Assembly (NCBI GenBank): GCA_000965745.1
Contig: CP009479.1
Location: 1,088,001 to 1,152,000 of the forward strand
Source of the DNA: an uncultured archaeon
GTDB taxonomy: Archaea; Thermoplasmatota; Thermoplasmata; Thermoplasmatales; Thermoplasmataceae
DNA: 64,000 nucleotides
Reading direction: 5' to 3'
Positions 20,760 to 30,755 of the stretch are shown one piece after another. The notes beneath the pieces were generated by a model. It was given only the letters and a program-made list of their open reading frames with translations, ran no database searches and was not told the origin of the DNA. The translations under genes were made by a program, and so were the position numbers. Numbering within the stretch: the first letter of the stretch is position 1; the number at the start of each line of letters is the position of its first letter.

Positions 20760-22049
20760 ATGGGCTTCTACGGTTTCACTTTGGAAAAGGAGCTATTCAG
20801 ACTCGATAATTCAGCATTAGATGGTGAGGTAAAGAAGAAAATCAGAGAATTCATAGATGATATAAAGTTGAAAGACAACCTCTCTGAGAACAGACTTTAC
20901 TACTATGCAGTTAGAATAAGAAAAGTTGCAGAAATTCTGGGTGATAAATGTCTAACGGCAGAAGCTCCAGATCTAAAGAGAGCAATTTCCGAGATCTCGT
21001 CAAGAAAACACAAGAATGGAATAAAATATTCTGAGAATACCATAGAAGACTACAAGATAGCAGTAAAGAGATTTTACAGATGGCTGATAAGTAACGATGG
21101 CGAGGTTCCAGAAAATGTCAAGTGGATCAAGAAGAAGAGAGTAACTAATAGGCACGTGAAACCCGATGCTCTGATCACGGAAGCTGAGATGTCACTTATA
21201 GTCCAAAATTGCAAGAATGCAAGAGATAAGGCTCTGTTCTCTTTGTTATATGATTCTGGGTGTAGGATAGGGGAATTGATGACGCTCAAGAACAAGGATG
21301 TTGATTTTGATCAGTACGGGGCGGTCCTCTCTGTTACTGGCAAGACTGGTTACAGGAAAGTCAGAGTAGTGGGTAACTCTGTTCCGTATCTAAGAGAGTG
21401 GCAGAATTCACACCCCCACAGGAATGATGAGGAATTCCGGCTATTTTGCGGAATATCTGACAACACAAGAAATAAGGCTATGACCTATGACGACTTACAC
21501 TCAGCCTTGAAGAAGACGCTAAAGAGGGCAGGGATAAAGAGAAGGATTTATCCCCATCTCTTTAGACATACTAGGGCGACAATACTTGCATCCAAGGTAA
21601 CCGAGGCACCTCTTGAAGCACAAATGGGCTGGATCCACGGATCAAGAATGACGCAAACCTACGTTCATCTGTCAGGGAGAGATCAGGATAACGCCATTCT
21701 CAAAGCATACAGTATTGACGTCAAGGACGAGGGTCTAATACAATCAGAAAGACCCTCTGCTTGTCCAAGATGCAATGAGCCAAACGATAGGAATTCGAGG
21801 TTCTGTTGGAAATGTGGTATGATTCTTGACAAGACTCTCACGAATGAGAAGCTAAAAGAGGAGGCTGACAAGATAGAGGAGAGCGTTCTAGAGTCTGAAG
21901 CAGTGGATGATACAACGAAATCAATGATTAAGTCCTTCTCGCCCGAGTACAAGGACCTTATACTTGAAGTTGTATTGAGTGATGTTTTCAAGAATTCTTC
22001 TAAGCTGGAGAAAATAAGAGAAGAATTGGCGAGAAAAGGAATGACTTGA
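20760..22049 (+). CDS. Tyrosine recombinase/integrase with C-terminal Zn ribbon (SNJ2-like layout)
   Basis: YDSGCRIGE (R), GKTG (K), PHLFRH (HxxR), MGW...TYVHL (W/Y), CPRC...CWKC. Confidence 0.95.
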   Translation: MGFYGFTLEKELFRLDNSALDGEVKKKIREFIDDIKLKDNLSENRLYYYAVRIRKVAEILGDKCLTAEAPDLKRAISEISSRKHKNGIKYSENTIEDYKIAVKRFYRWLISNDGEVPENVKWIKKKRVTNRHVKPDALITEAEMSLIVQNCKNARDKALFSLLYDSGCRIGELMTLKNKDVDFDQYGAVLSVTGKTGYRKVRVVGNSVPYLREWQNSHPHRNDEEFRLFCGISDNTRNKAMTYDDLHSALKKTLKRAGIKRRIYPHLFRHTRATILASKVTEAPLEAQMGWIHGSRMTQTYVHLSGRDQDNAILKAYSIDVKDEGLIQSERPSACPRCNEPNDRNSRFCWKCGMILDKTLTNEKLKEEADKIEESVLESEAVDDTTKSMIKSFSPEYKDLILEVVLSDVFKNSSKLEKIREELARKGMT

Positions 22050-22207
22050 CCCAACAAAAATTTGAAAAAAAATGCACAACTATTATTATTACAATACGGG
22101 TAGACCTTGAATATTTATCAGAGGCTGAAGTCTTAAAGTCAGGCGAAAGATTATTCAAAGGTGGTTTGGTCCCCTAATTGTGGACAGGATTGGCTTATGA
22201 GTCATGC

Positions 22208-23104
22208 TCATTCTTCTATTAGATTTTCTTTCCATCTTTCATAAACCTCCCTTGGTGCTTTATAGCCTATGGCTGAGTGTAGTCTCTCGTTGTTGTAGAA
22301 TGCAATGAACCTATCAATGGTGTCATCAGCATCCTGGAATGAAGAGAACTCGAACCTTCTGATCACTTCCTTCTCAAGGATGGAATTGAAGGATTCGATG
22401 AAACCGTCCTCCTTGGGCGTTGCAGGATGGATCCTCTCATGTTCGATATGGGATGAAGCGAGAAACAGCTCCACTATCCGTGATACGAATTGAGTCCCAT
22501 TATCACTGCGGATCCTGACACTGGATATTGCCTCTATTCCCCTGTCCATGAAGGCAAAATCCATTGCCATCTTCACATCTGAAGAGGTGCAGTGGTATCC
22601 CAGGTACTTTCCGACAACTTCTCTTGTATAACAGTCAATCATTGCAAACAGGTATGCTGTCCGATTCTCTCCCTGTATGTACACATACTTGATGTCCATC
22701 TCCCAGACTTTATTCGGGTTATGAACCCTGACAATGGATTCAACCACCCTCTTTGCAGGGCTGCGGTAGTTGTATGTGTGGTTGAGAAGATGGTTCTCTT
22801 TCATGATGCGGAAGACCTTCTTCCTGTTGATCCTGTAGCCAGTGCGCTGCAAATGTTTGGTGACCTTCCTGTATCCATAGCATACAAATTCCCTTGACAG
22901 CAACTCAATGATGTCGGCAAGGACCTGATCATCGGGAATCATTATGATATCCTGGCCAACAATGCGTTCAGTCATCGATGAAGGCTTCCTCCCTCTCTTG
23001 AGATGCAATGCAGGCGATGAATGATAGAATGTGCTCCGTGGTATCCTTAGAAGTTCCAGGATTCTGGTCGTTGAGAGCCCACGTCCAGCATACTCATTGA
23101 TCAA
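22208..23104 (-). CDS. IS3 transposase OrfB (DDE)
   Basis: YGYRKV, WEMDIKY, SDNGTQF, IESFNSILEKE, YNNERLHSAIGYKAP. Confidence 0.95.
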   Translation of the reverse strand: MINEYAGRGLSTTRILELLRIPRSTFYHSSPALHLKRGRKPSSMTERIVGQDIIMIPDDQVLADIIELLSREFVCYGYRKVTKHLQRTGYRINRKKVFRIMKENHLLNHTYNYRSPAKRVVESIVRVHNPNKVWEMDIKYVYIQGENRTAYLFAMIDCYTREVVGKYLGYHCTSSDVKMAMDFAFMDRGIEAISSVRIRSDNGTQFVSRIVELFLASSHIEHERIHPATPKEDGFIESFNSILEKEVIRRFEFSSFQDADDTIDRFIAFYNNERLHSAIGYKAPREVYERWKENLIEE

Positions 23105-23403
23105 CGCGGTTTCCTCCTCGTTTTTTTATATGCTTCCTGGAGCAGTGATACCTCCAGTTCCTTCTCTGCAAGCATCTTCTTCAATCTCTCGTTCTCCTTC
23201 TTCAGCTTTCTGAGGCCTGGTTCCAAGGACCTTGTACGGGATCTGAGCCCATCCATGCCTAGTGCATCGAAGGCCTGTTTCCAACGGTAGAACATGGATG
23301 GATCCACAGAATATTTTCTGCAGGTTTCAACGACATGTCCGCTTTCTTTGATCTCGTTGATGAGTGCCAGTTTCTCTTCCGCTTTCCAGTATCTGCGAGT
23401 CAT
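23101..23403 (-). CDS. IS3 transposase OrfA (HTH)
   Basis: HTH plus leucine-zipper-like tail; A7 run at 23121-23127 just before the -1 frame OrfB. Confidence 0.9.
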   Translation of the reverse strand: MTRRYWKAEEKLALINEIKESGHVVETCRKYSVDPSMFYRWKQAFDALGMDGLRSRTRSLEPGLRKLKKENERLKKMLAEKELEVSLLQEAYKKTRRKPR

Positions 23404-23505
23404 TTCCCCCTAGAACCCCCCTATATATACTTTTCTATTACTATAAGCCAATGTTGTCCAATTATTTAAGGGGCCAGCACAAAGGCTTACCTAATTTTAC
23501 TCTTC

Positions 23506-24093
23506 ATGAACGTTGATCTTATCGCTGCAGATATTGCCCTTCTACTATCGAATCTTCAATTTTATGTTGCAGTTGGAACGATTTCGATGGCCATTACGAC
23601 AGCCTGGTCGGTTAGAAGACAAGGAAGACTTGACAGAATTAAGGATATAAGGGACAGGATACATTCCTTTTATTACCCAGTTATGAATTTGTTTACATTC
23701 CCTTGGCCCGATGATGACCGATTTCAAGCAGAATGGAATAGAATCAGACCTTTTGTAAGAAATGCATCAAACAAAACTCAGAACGCTCTATTTGGAAAAG
23801 GTATTTATGAAAAAATGCCACGGTTGCAATATGTGGAGGGAGATACGCAGTCAGAATTAGAGTACAATGCTTGGGATAACTTTTACAATAAGGCTTGGGA
23901 AGACCTGAGAAAATTAGATTCGATACTAATGAAACTGCAAAGAACAAAAGGTACAGAAACTCCCAAGGAGCCCTATCCACATAACTTCAACCTTGAACCC
24001 TTACCAATACCTAAGAAAGTGAAAGGAATGGAATGGCAGAAAGACTCAAAATCAACCGACGAAAATAAGGATGATCTGACTAATAAAAGATGA
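23506..24093 (+). CDS. Membrane-anchored hypothetical protein
   Basis: One N-terminal hydrophobic segment followed by a helical soluble part; lies between two IS elements. Confidence 0.7.
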   Translation: MNVDLIAADIALLLSNLQFYVAVGTISMAITTAWSVRRQGRLDRIKDIRDRIHSFYYPVMNLFTFPWPDDDRFQAEWNRIRPFVRNASNKTQNALFGKGIYEKMPRLQYVEGDTQSELEYNAWDNFYNKAWEDLRKLDSILMKLQRTKGTETPKEPYPHNFNLEPLPIPKKVKGMEWQKDSKSTDENKDDLTNKR

Positions 24094-24260
24094 TAAGTAA
24101 AGGTAGGGTTGTCAGATTGGGCCTTATCTTATGAAAAACATAGATCAGAAATATTTGGAAGTGAAGCCTGAGTAAAGTTAGTGTAAATGCCGGTTGATTT
24201 TTCACCAATAATGACGGAATAAAATTCCCCACCCATATTTATAATTTCACTCATTTTCTT

Positions 24261-25022
24261 TCACACCTTTTTGTATGGAGGAGGGTTGCCCTTCCTCCGG
24301 TCCTTAAGCCTGTATGAATCTCCTCTTATGTTCACCACGATGCTGTGGTGCAATACTCGATCGAGAACAGCGGATGCCATTACCTGATCACCGAGAACTT
24401 CACCCCACTCCGAGAAAGACTTGTTCGAGGTGAATATGGTGGAACATTTCTCATACCTGTACGATACCAGCTGGAACAGGAGATTTGATTCCTCCCTGTT
24501 CAACGGGAGGTATCCTATCTCATCAATGATCATGAGAGGATACCTTGCGTATTTCCTGAGCAGTGTGTTCAGGCTGTCTTTCATGAATTCCTTCCTCAGT
24601 GCCTGGACAAGCTTCACCGCTGACACATAGTACACAGAAATATCCGATTGCAGCGCGTGCATTCCTATTGCAACAGAGAGGTGGGTCTTCCCGACACCCG
24701 GAGGACCCAGGAAGACAAGGTTCTCCCTGTTGTGTATGAACCTCAGGGTCATCAGGTCATTGATCACTGATTTGTCTATGGACGGCTGAAAGGAGAGATC
24801 GAATTCATCCATGGTTTTTCTGAACGGGAATCCGGCGTACTTCAGCTTGGTATCATATCTCTTTGATCGCTTGCTCCTGACCTCTTCGGAAAGCAGGTGG
24901 TCAAGTACTTCCAGGACACTCTTATCATGCGCATTTTCCAGGTAGTTGTCAATGGTCTTTTCCATGACGTCAAGACCTAGGCTGGCAAGGTGCTCATGAA
25001 CTCTTTCGTATGAGTCCATCAT
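24261..25022 (-). CDS. istB: IS21 helper ATPase IstB
   Basis: GPPGVGKT, IIDEIGY, TSNKSF, DRVLHH, GDSYR. Confidence 0.95.
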   Translation of the reverse strand: MMDSYERVHEHLASLGLDVMEKTIDNYLENAHDKSVLEVLDHLLSEEVRSKRSKRYDTKLKYAGFPFRKTMDEFDLSFQPSIDKSVINDLMTLRFIHNRENLVFLGPPGVGKTHLSVAIGMHALQSDISVYYVSAVKLVQALRKEFMKDSLNTLLRKYARYPLMIIDEIGYLPLNREESNLLFQLVSYRYEKCSTIFTSNKSFSEWGEVLGDQVMASAVLDRVLHHSIVVNIRGDSYRLKDRRKGNPPPYKKV

Positions 25023-26215
25023 GACACCTCCTCATACCTTGACAGATCGCGTTTCTCCACAAGCGTTTCGAAGGCTGTGAGGTTCTCAGACCTTATGGCC
25101 TTGAGAAGGCCTTCGAAGTGTTCCTTCTTTCTGGATATCCTTCCCGATCCAGGAAGGATGTCATGCTCCGCTATGACATGGGAATCAACCTGGATCCTCA
25201 GGGTCGATTCCTCCGTCACCAGTGCCTCCCTTCCTGCATAGATCCAGGGCACGCTGTATCGATTGCCGTTCCATGAGACATAGCAGTCCCTGGATACCTT
25301 GCGTGTTTCTTCTTTGCGGGTGAAGTATTCCGGTGCACGATCTACAGGGTTTAGCTTCTCCATTGCAAGGAGGTCCATTGGAATCTGGTGCGTTGTGCCA
25401 TGTATCTGGGAATTCACTCGTTTAAGCCACTGCAGGCACTGTGCATTCATGTCATCAAGGGATGTGAATGTTCTACCGGCCCAGAAATTGTATCTCAGAT
25501 ACTTGATCGTGTTTTCGATCTTTCCCTTGGTCTGGGCACGATAGGGGAAGCACAGCCGCACGATGAATCCATAGTATTCCGAGAAATCCCTGAACTTCAT
25601 GTTGAAGACGGATTCGGAGGCCTTTATCCTCCTCTCGAGGACCACTTGTTTCATGTTATCGAAGAGGATGGTGTCAGTGTATCCTCCAAAGAAGCGGAAG
25701 GCATTCATGTGCATTTTAATGACATTCTCCGTGGATATATCGGTGGTGAACTCGGCATAGCGCATCCTTGAGTATCCCAGGATGATGCTGAATGCGTACA
25801 GCTTCTTCCTCTTTGCATCGATCTCGATGTGCCCGAACTCTCCGAAGTCCACTTGTGATTGTTTTCCAGGATCTGTCTCGTAACGGTACACAGCCTGTAC
25901 CCTTCGATCCTTGCGGAGTGTGTAACAGTAATCTCCGAGGATTGTCCTTCCTCCGTCGTATCCCTGCTTGCGGATCTCCTCGAGTATCCTGACTGTGGAC
26001 AGGTTATATCTGTCCACCAGCTCCCTGATACTGTCCCTGTAAGGATCGAGCTTCGAACTTCTTCCAACGCGCGGCTTTGTGGTGGGAATACCGTCGCTCT
26101 TTGCATACTTCCTCACCGTCTTTCTGTCTATTCCCAGTTGCCTTGAGACCTCAGATATACTGAAGCCTTTGTCCAGCATGTTCCTTATCATTCTCCACCC
26201 CTCACTGCCGAGCAA
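25019..26215 (-). CDS. istA: IS21 transposase IstA
   Basis: IDRKTVRKY, YETDPGKQSQVDFG, FDNMK, TKGKIE, NRYSVP. Confidence 0.95.
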   Translation of the reverse strand: MLGSEGWRMIRNMLDKGFSISEVSRQLGIDRKTVRKYAKSDGIPTTKPRVGRSSKLDPYRDSIRELVDRYNLSTVRILEEIRKQGYDGGRTILGDYCYTLRKDRRVQAVYRYETDPGKQSQVDFGEFGHIEIDAKRKKLYAFSIILGYSRMRYAEFTTDISTENVIKMHMNAFRFFGGYTDTILFDNMKQVVLERRIKASESVFNMKFRDFSEYYGFIVRLCFPYRAQTKGKIENTIKYLRYNFWAGRTFTSLDDMNAQCLQWLKRVNSQIHGTTHQIPMDLLAMEKLNPVDRAPEYFTRKEETRKVSRDCYVSWNGNRYSVPWIYAGREALVTEESTLRIQVDSHVIAEHDILPGSGRISRKKEHFEGLLKAIRSENLTAFETLVEKRDLSRYEEVS

Positions 26216-26407
26216 AATTCACCACGTTCTCTATCAAACACATGGGGAATTTTAAACCGGCGATCCTGGGGAATTCTAAACCGACAAAATTGAGGAATTA
26301 TGATCCGGCATTTACAGTTAGAAAGGACTAGCTGGATCTACTGCATTTCAACTTATAGTTGCAAGTAGGTATGTAATAAGTGCCCTATTGCATAACAAGC
26401 AAGTAAG

Positions 26408-27463
26408 CTAATCTACTTCCTCCTCTGGACTATCAGCCCGAACTAGTATGTCACTTAGCTGCTTGGTAATAAGACTCCTTCCAACCTTGTTGGATAGTGC
26501 GCTTATTGAGCCTGACCTCCAATCTAAAGAAATTGTCCCTCCACCAGGAAGCTGTATATGTGTTCCAACTAGTGTATCCATTTGATTTTTGAAGCTCTGA
26601 GCATTATACTTCATCCCCTCATTTAGATCGCACCTTCTGCAAACAGCTGCAAAGGTACCCATCATTACTTCAATTCCCATCGGTTTTGTGAGAAAATAAC
26701 TCTTGTTGTTCCCCCAGGCATCTGGCCACAATTCAGAAATGGCTTTGAAGTAGTCTATTATTATTCTTGCTTGGGCATCAGGGCTCTTACCTGATAATAT
26801 TCCACCAGTTCCCACATATGGAGTTGTTACACCTTTCATTTTTTTATTAGTTACCCAAGTGCCCACTTCATCATCTCTCATTTTTATCTTACCAGCCAAT
26901 GGAGAGTCTGAAATCGTGTTTAACTTAGAAACAACATCCATTGTAGTTGACTCTTCCTTAGGTAGTTCTTTAATCTGGTAATAAAGTGAAAGTGTCAGAA
27001 CATCACTCACTCTTTGCTGCAAGCTGTTAATATCTGCAAATATCTTGCCCCTGAGGTCTAGATCAGCATTGTAGAGGGCTACTACTGGCAGATCAAAAAC
27101 AATTCCATCACTGTGTTTAAACCCAGCAAGTCTATGCTGGCCGTCGAGTACATATGCAAATTTTCCAGATTCCTCAGGGAAAACCAAGGTCACATTCTTT
27201 CCGTTTGCTTGAGGATTTATTTTGACTTCGTCTGACAAGCTCACGACTATACCGTTTGGAAGAACGTTGTTTTCTTGCTTAATATACTTCCCAATCTCTC
27301 TAGCTCTTTTTTCGTTTAGGATTCTTTGAACTTCATCAGGATCGTCCTTGCTCCTCGGTGTTACATAACATATGCTGTTCAGAGTCTTTGAATCTAACGA
27401 GAACAGGTACATTTGAATTCCGTGCTGTCTCAGTACTTGAGCATCTATGCTAAATTTAGCCAT
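26408..27463 (-). CDS. DGQHR-domain protein (DndB-like, ParB/Srx superfamily)
   Basis: VQRIL, PNGIV, YVLDGQHRLAG, IFADINS; SD GGAGG upstream; overlaps the HNH gene by 19 nt. Confidence 0.9.
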   Translation of the reverse strand: MAKFSIDAQVLRQHGIQMYLFSLDSKTLNSICYVTPRSKDDPDEVQRILNEKRAREIGKYIKQENNVLPNGIVVSLSDEVKINPQANGKNVTLVFPEESGKFAYVLDGQHRLAGFKHSDGIVFDLPVVALYNADLDLRGKIFADINSLQQRVSDVLTLSLYYQIKELPKEESTTMDVVSKLNTISDSPLAGKIKMRDDEVGTWVTNKKMKGVTTPYVGTGGILSGKSPDAQARIIIDYFKAISELWPDAWGNNKSYFLTKPMGIEVMMGTFAAVCRRCDLNEGMKYNAQSFKNQMDTLVGTHIQLPGGGTISLDWRSGSISALSNKVGRSLITKQLSDILVRADSPEEEVD

Positions 27464-27948
27464 GGAACACCTCCCTCCACTTTGTCAGATTTTTTCAAGT
27501 TGCAATCAGAACACAGAAACTGTAAATTGTTTGCTCTAGACGAACCACCCATACTGATTGGAAAGATGTGATCTATATGAAGTTTCACTTCCGGAGGTCT
27601 TTTGCTGCATTTCTTACACACAGGCTCTGAAAACCACAACAATTTAAGGTAATCTCCAGTGTCAATGGACTCTCTATATTGTTTCCCCTGTGTTTTTTGC
27701 AGGCACGCCTCGTAGATCGTTTTAATTTGTTCATGACTCCATTTACGTCCAGTTAGCCCAGTCAAGATCTGGTCAAACTCTTTTAGTCTTTGCGGGCCTC
27801 TACGCTCCATTATCTCCTTGTAACCATCCTGCCGTATAATTTGTTTTACTAGCAACTCATTCAACGACCATTCAATGAAGTCGTAGAACGATTCATTGTC
27901 CACTCCCAAGGAATCTATAAGCAGCGAAAGACGATCCATTCTTTCCAT
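27445..27948 (-). CDS. HNH endonuclease with about 100-aa helical N-terminal domain
   Basis: CKKC...LHIDHIFPISMGG...NNLQFLCSDCNLKKS. Confidence 0.92.
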   Translation of the reverse strand: MERMDRLSLLIDSLGVDNESFYDFIEWSLNELLVKQIIRQDGYKEIMERRGPQRLKEFDQILTGLTGRKWSHEQIKTIYEACLQKTQGKQYRESIDTGDYLKLLWFSEPVCKKCSKRPPEVKLHIDHIFPISMGGSSRANNLQFLCSDCNLKKSDKVEGGVPWLNLA

Positions 27949-27997
27949 TTTTCATTTAGTGAGACATTGTTAAAATATTTTGATCTGTTCTTTTAGC

Positions 27998-30655
27998 TCA
28001 CAGAGAGTTAAGCACACTCCCTATGCTCTTCAATTTATCGAATGAATACATAACATCGTTTCTAAACTCCACAGATCTATTTTTTCGATTTAGGCCATTA
28101 AAGAGGCTAAGTTCAAAGTTTTCAAGCACTCTTTTTTCATCGGCTAAGGAAACCCTGTGAATCAGCTTACAAAGTGAGGAAAGGGAGTTTACAGAGAAGT
28201 GTTTCCGTATTGCATTGTCCAATTTCTCCTTTTCTTCATTGGATAAATGACTCAAAACCCCCAATGTGTACCCATCTTTTTTCCCTTTTTGACACAGCAA
28301 GTCTATCAAGTTAATGCGATCAATGGCCCGTATTATAATTGTCTTTACCGAAAGTTGGCTGCTCTCTTGACCTGATAGGGATGCGAGTATGCTGATTTTC
28401 TCGGCAGATGGGAAGTTTTCTCCTTTAATCAGTTTTCCAATGACGTCTACAACAGAGCTGTCATCTCTGACTCCAACAATTCTGGTAAAGCTCCTTGAAG
28501 GGACAAATCTGTAAAGATTCAGCGTTGTTGTGTTGTAAATGTCTTCGTGCCCATCACGCAAGCATTCCTCCCTGTAGATTTTATCAAATCTCTCAGAGAA
28601 CTCCTCAAAAGTCTCTTCTCTTGGTATCATTCCAAACCTAGTGTGCTCTCCGCTTCCCTGCTCCATCATTATATTGTTTTCTCTTCCAATTTTGTCTACT
28701 AAGGGTATCACATTTCCTTTACTGTTTGCATCTTTCGTCAAAATAAATGCGCTAACCGTTCCATAGTCCAGTAGACTCTGTATATTAGATCCTAGAAGTC
28801 CATCTTCGAGTAACTCCTTGACGGACTGTTTAAAAATTTCCAGAGATGAAACATCACTTATCTTATGATTTATCGCTTTTACATCCCTTCTTATTGAATC
28901 CATCATATAGCTGTCAAGACTTGTAATACTTGTGTACAAAACCCCCACAGACATTTTCTCTTTAAACGGTAGGAAGTACCTGTCATTTCTTGCAGCTGAA
29001 TTGTCATATGTAGAAATTGCAGAAAATATTGTTTTATCAAGATCTTGCGATGAGACGCGTTCGGTATCTGATAGAACTGCGTACTCATAAAGAATTCCAA
29101 CAGTATCCTCGTGCGAAGAGAATTTCATGCATAGCGAATTGAGTATGGGACTTTGTATTCTGAATAGATGTAATATCAGAAGGCTTTCACTAATTATGTT
29201 TGCAAAATTTGGAAGTTCACTAAGATAGGCACTCTTCAAAATGTCATATTCCTGTGTTATCTCGACCGCCAGAGCGACAACTCGTTCCAAGTGATCTGTT
29301 ATCGAGTTGCACAGGTTGAAAATGTCATTGGTGTTTATCATTTCACTTTTTGGCACTGCTCCAATCCTCTTCAAGAATTTTTGATAGTCTTTCGCAAATG
29401 ACAAAACTTCTTCAAAGCTGGAAATCCTGACCTGAAATGTTTCAGGGGAGAAAGTGTGCACACCTTTTAGTATCTCAACCAGTTCTTGGGGACTTGAACT
29501 ACTACGTATCACTCCTTCTTTCAGCATAACTTCGCATAACCTTTGGAGAAAGTCTTCATTTTTCTTTAACTGATTCCACCTCGAATCTGTTACAGATAAA
29601 GGAATAAAAGAAAGTAGGAAGTATTCTACTACCCGTTCTTCTGTTCCACAAAGTTTAGAGAGACGTTTCACGTATTCCGACTTCAATTCCGAAATTCCGC
29701 GATATTGGATTCCCCCGTCTAAGCTCCCAATTTTCCTGTTTGGAAAATAAGTCTGGATCAAATTGTTGATTGAAGATTTCAGCTTTCTAATCTCGATATT
29801 CTCCTCAATTAGTGAAGAATGCAGTAACTCCAAATCAAAAGCTGTCATCCTAGACATTATTGCTTTTAGTACGCTTTTTTCGAAGGGGATATCATACTCA
29901 AGCTTTATTGTTCCAGTATCTACAAGCATTTTCTGTAGATCGAGAAACTTCTCTAGATCGCCCCTGATCTCTCCGTAAATTGTGTGGTTTTGCGGGAATG
30001 GATATTCCAAGTATATGAGCCTGAATATATCCTCAACTATCCCCATTGAGCTTAGTTTTTTGGCCATTTCTTCCATGAGGGCCAGCTCAATATCTGTTGG
30101 GCTCTCAAAAATATCAATTTGATGCTCGATGCCTGGAACTTCCAAGAGCCCATACCTTCTCAATACATGCTTAGTCTTGGATTTGAAGTCTTGGATGAGT
30201 AATTTGTGCTCACCTCTCCTCAGTGTCATGTCAACAAATTTGTCTAATTGCCTCAAGTTGTAGAGCATTGAATTTTTGAACTGTGACCAGCCGCTTCTAA
30301 GGGTGGGTACATCAAAATCTAGAAAGTTGGAATAGATTACTACAAATAATTCTAAAAACAAAGTGACAAGAGTTGCTGTAATTGCGCCTATTAAGTATTT
30401 TCGAAAGAAAAGATATGATACAGTTGTAGCCGCAAATAGAACAATCAATGTTGCTATGTAGAATATTAGGCGGTTTCTATACTCTGCTTTAGCAATATTC
30501 AATGATCTTCCTTTTCTTTCCAGCTCTTCAATAATAGAATCTCCTCTGGCCGAATATTGCTCAAGTTTCGATGGTAAGTCTAAAATTGACTCGTTCTGGT
30601 CGCCATCGGAGACGCCATTCGAACTATCTTCATTATTTCCACTTTCTTGAGTCAT
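27998..30655 (-). CDS. 885-aa membrane-anchored protein of unknown function (2 TM + helical repeats)
   Basis: TM segments at about aa 63-84 and 88-108; long uninterrupted ORF; no NTPase motif. Confidence 0.85.
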   Translation of the reverse strand: MTQESGNNEDSSNGVSDGDQNESILDLPSKLEQYSARGDSIIEELERKGRSLNIAKAEYRNRLIFYIATLIVLFAATTVSYLFFRKYLIGAITATLVTLFLELFVVIYSNFLDFDVPTLRSGWSQFKNSMLYNLRQLDKFVDMTLRRGEHKLLIQDFKSKTKHVLRRYGLLEVPGIEHQIDIFESPTDIELALMEEMAKKLSSMGIVEDIFRLIYLEYPFPQNHTIYGEIRGDLEKFLDLQKMLVDTGTIKLEYDIPFEKSVLKAIMSRMTAFDLELLHSSLIEENIEIRKLKSSINNLIQTYFPNRKIGSLDGGIQYRGISELKSEYVKRLSKLCGTEERVVEYFLLSFIPLSVTDSRWNQLKKNEDFLQRLCEVMLKEGVIRSSSSPQELVEILKGVHTFSPETFQVRISSFEEVLSFAKDYQKFLKRIGAVPKSEMINTNDIFNLCNSITDHLERVVALAVEITQEYDILKSAYLSELPNFANIISESLLILHLFRIQSPILNSLCMKFSSHEDTVGILYEYAVLSDTERVSSQDLDKTIFSAISTYDNSAARNDRYFLPFKEKMSVGVLYTSITSLDSYMMDSIRRDVKAINHKISDVSSLEIFKQSVKELLEDGLLGSNIQSLLDYGTVSAFILTKDANSKGNVIPLVDKIGRENNIMMEQGSGEHTRFGMIPREETFEEFSERFDKIYREECLRDGHEDIYNTTTLNLYRFVPSRSFTRIVGVRDDSSVVDVIGKLIKGENFPSAEKISILASLSGQESSQLSVKTIIIRAIDRINLIDLLCQKGKKDGYTLGVLSHLSNEEKEKLDNAIRKHFSVNSLSSLCKLIHRVSLADEKRVLENFELSLFNGLNRKNRSVEFRNDVMYSFDKLKSIGSVLNSL

Positions 30656-30755
30656 TTTAGTAGATATTTCCTCTTTTCAGTGACAGATTCCTTAATACCA
30701 GGAAATTAGTCGTGAGTGTGAACATTAAGTCCTTCTTGGCTTCACAACATCTTGA

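Larger units (their letters stand above)
22162..23481 (-). mobile_element. IS3-family insertion sequence
   Basis: TG...CA ends; imperfect IRs sharing TGG.CCC.TAA, GGACA and ATTGGCTTAT; 4-bp target duplication AAGG (22158-22161, 23482-23485). Confidence 0.88.
24182..26316 (-). mobile_element. IS21-family insertion sequence
   Basis: Terminal IR TGTAAATGCCGG / CCGGCATTTACA; 5-bp target duplication GTTAG; three internal G(G/A)GGAATT...CCG repeats at about 26243-26308. Confidence 0.95.

Noticed and set aside
26408-27463. Dnd phosphorothioation or Dpd 7-deazaguanine system
   Set aside because: No dndC/D/E, cysteine desulfurase or tgt-like gene is in the window.
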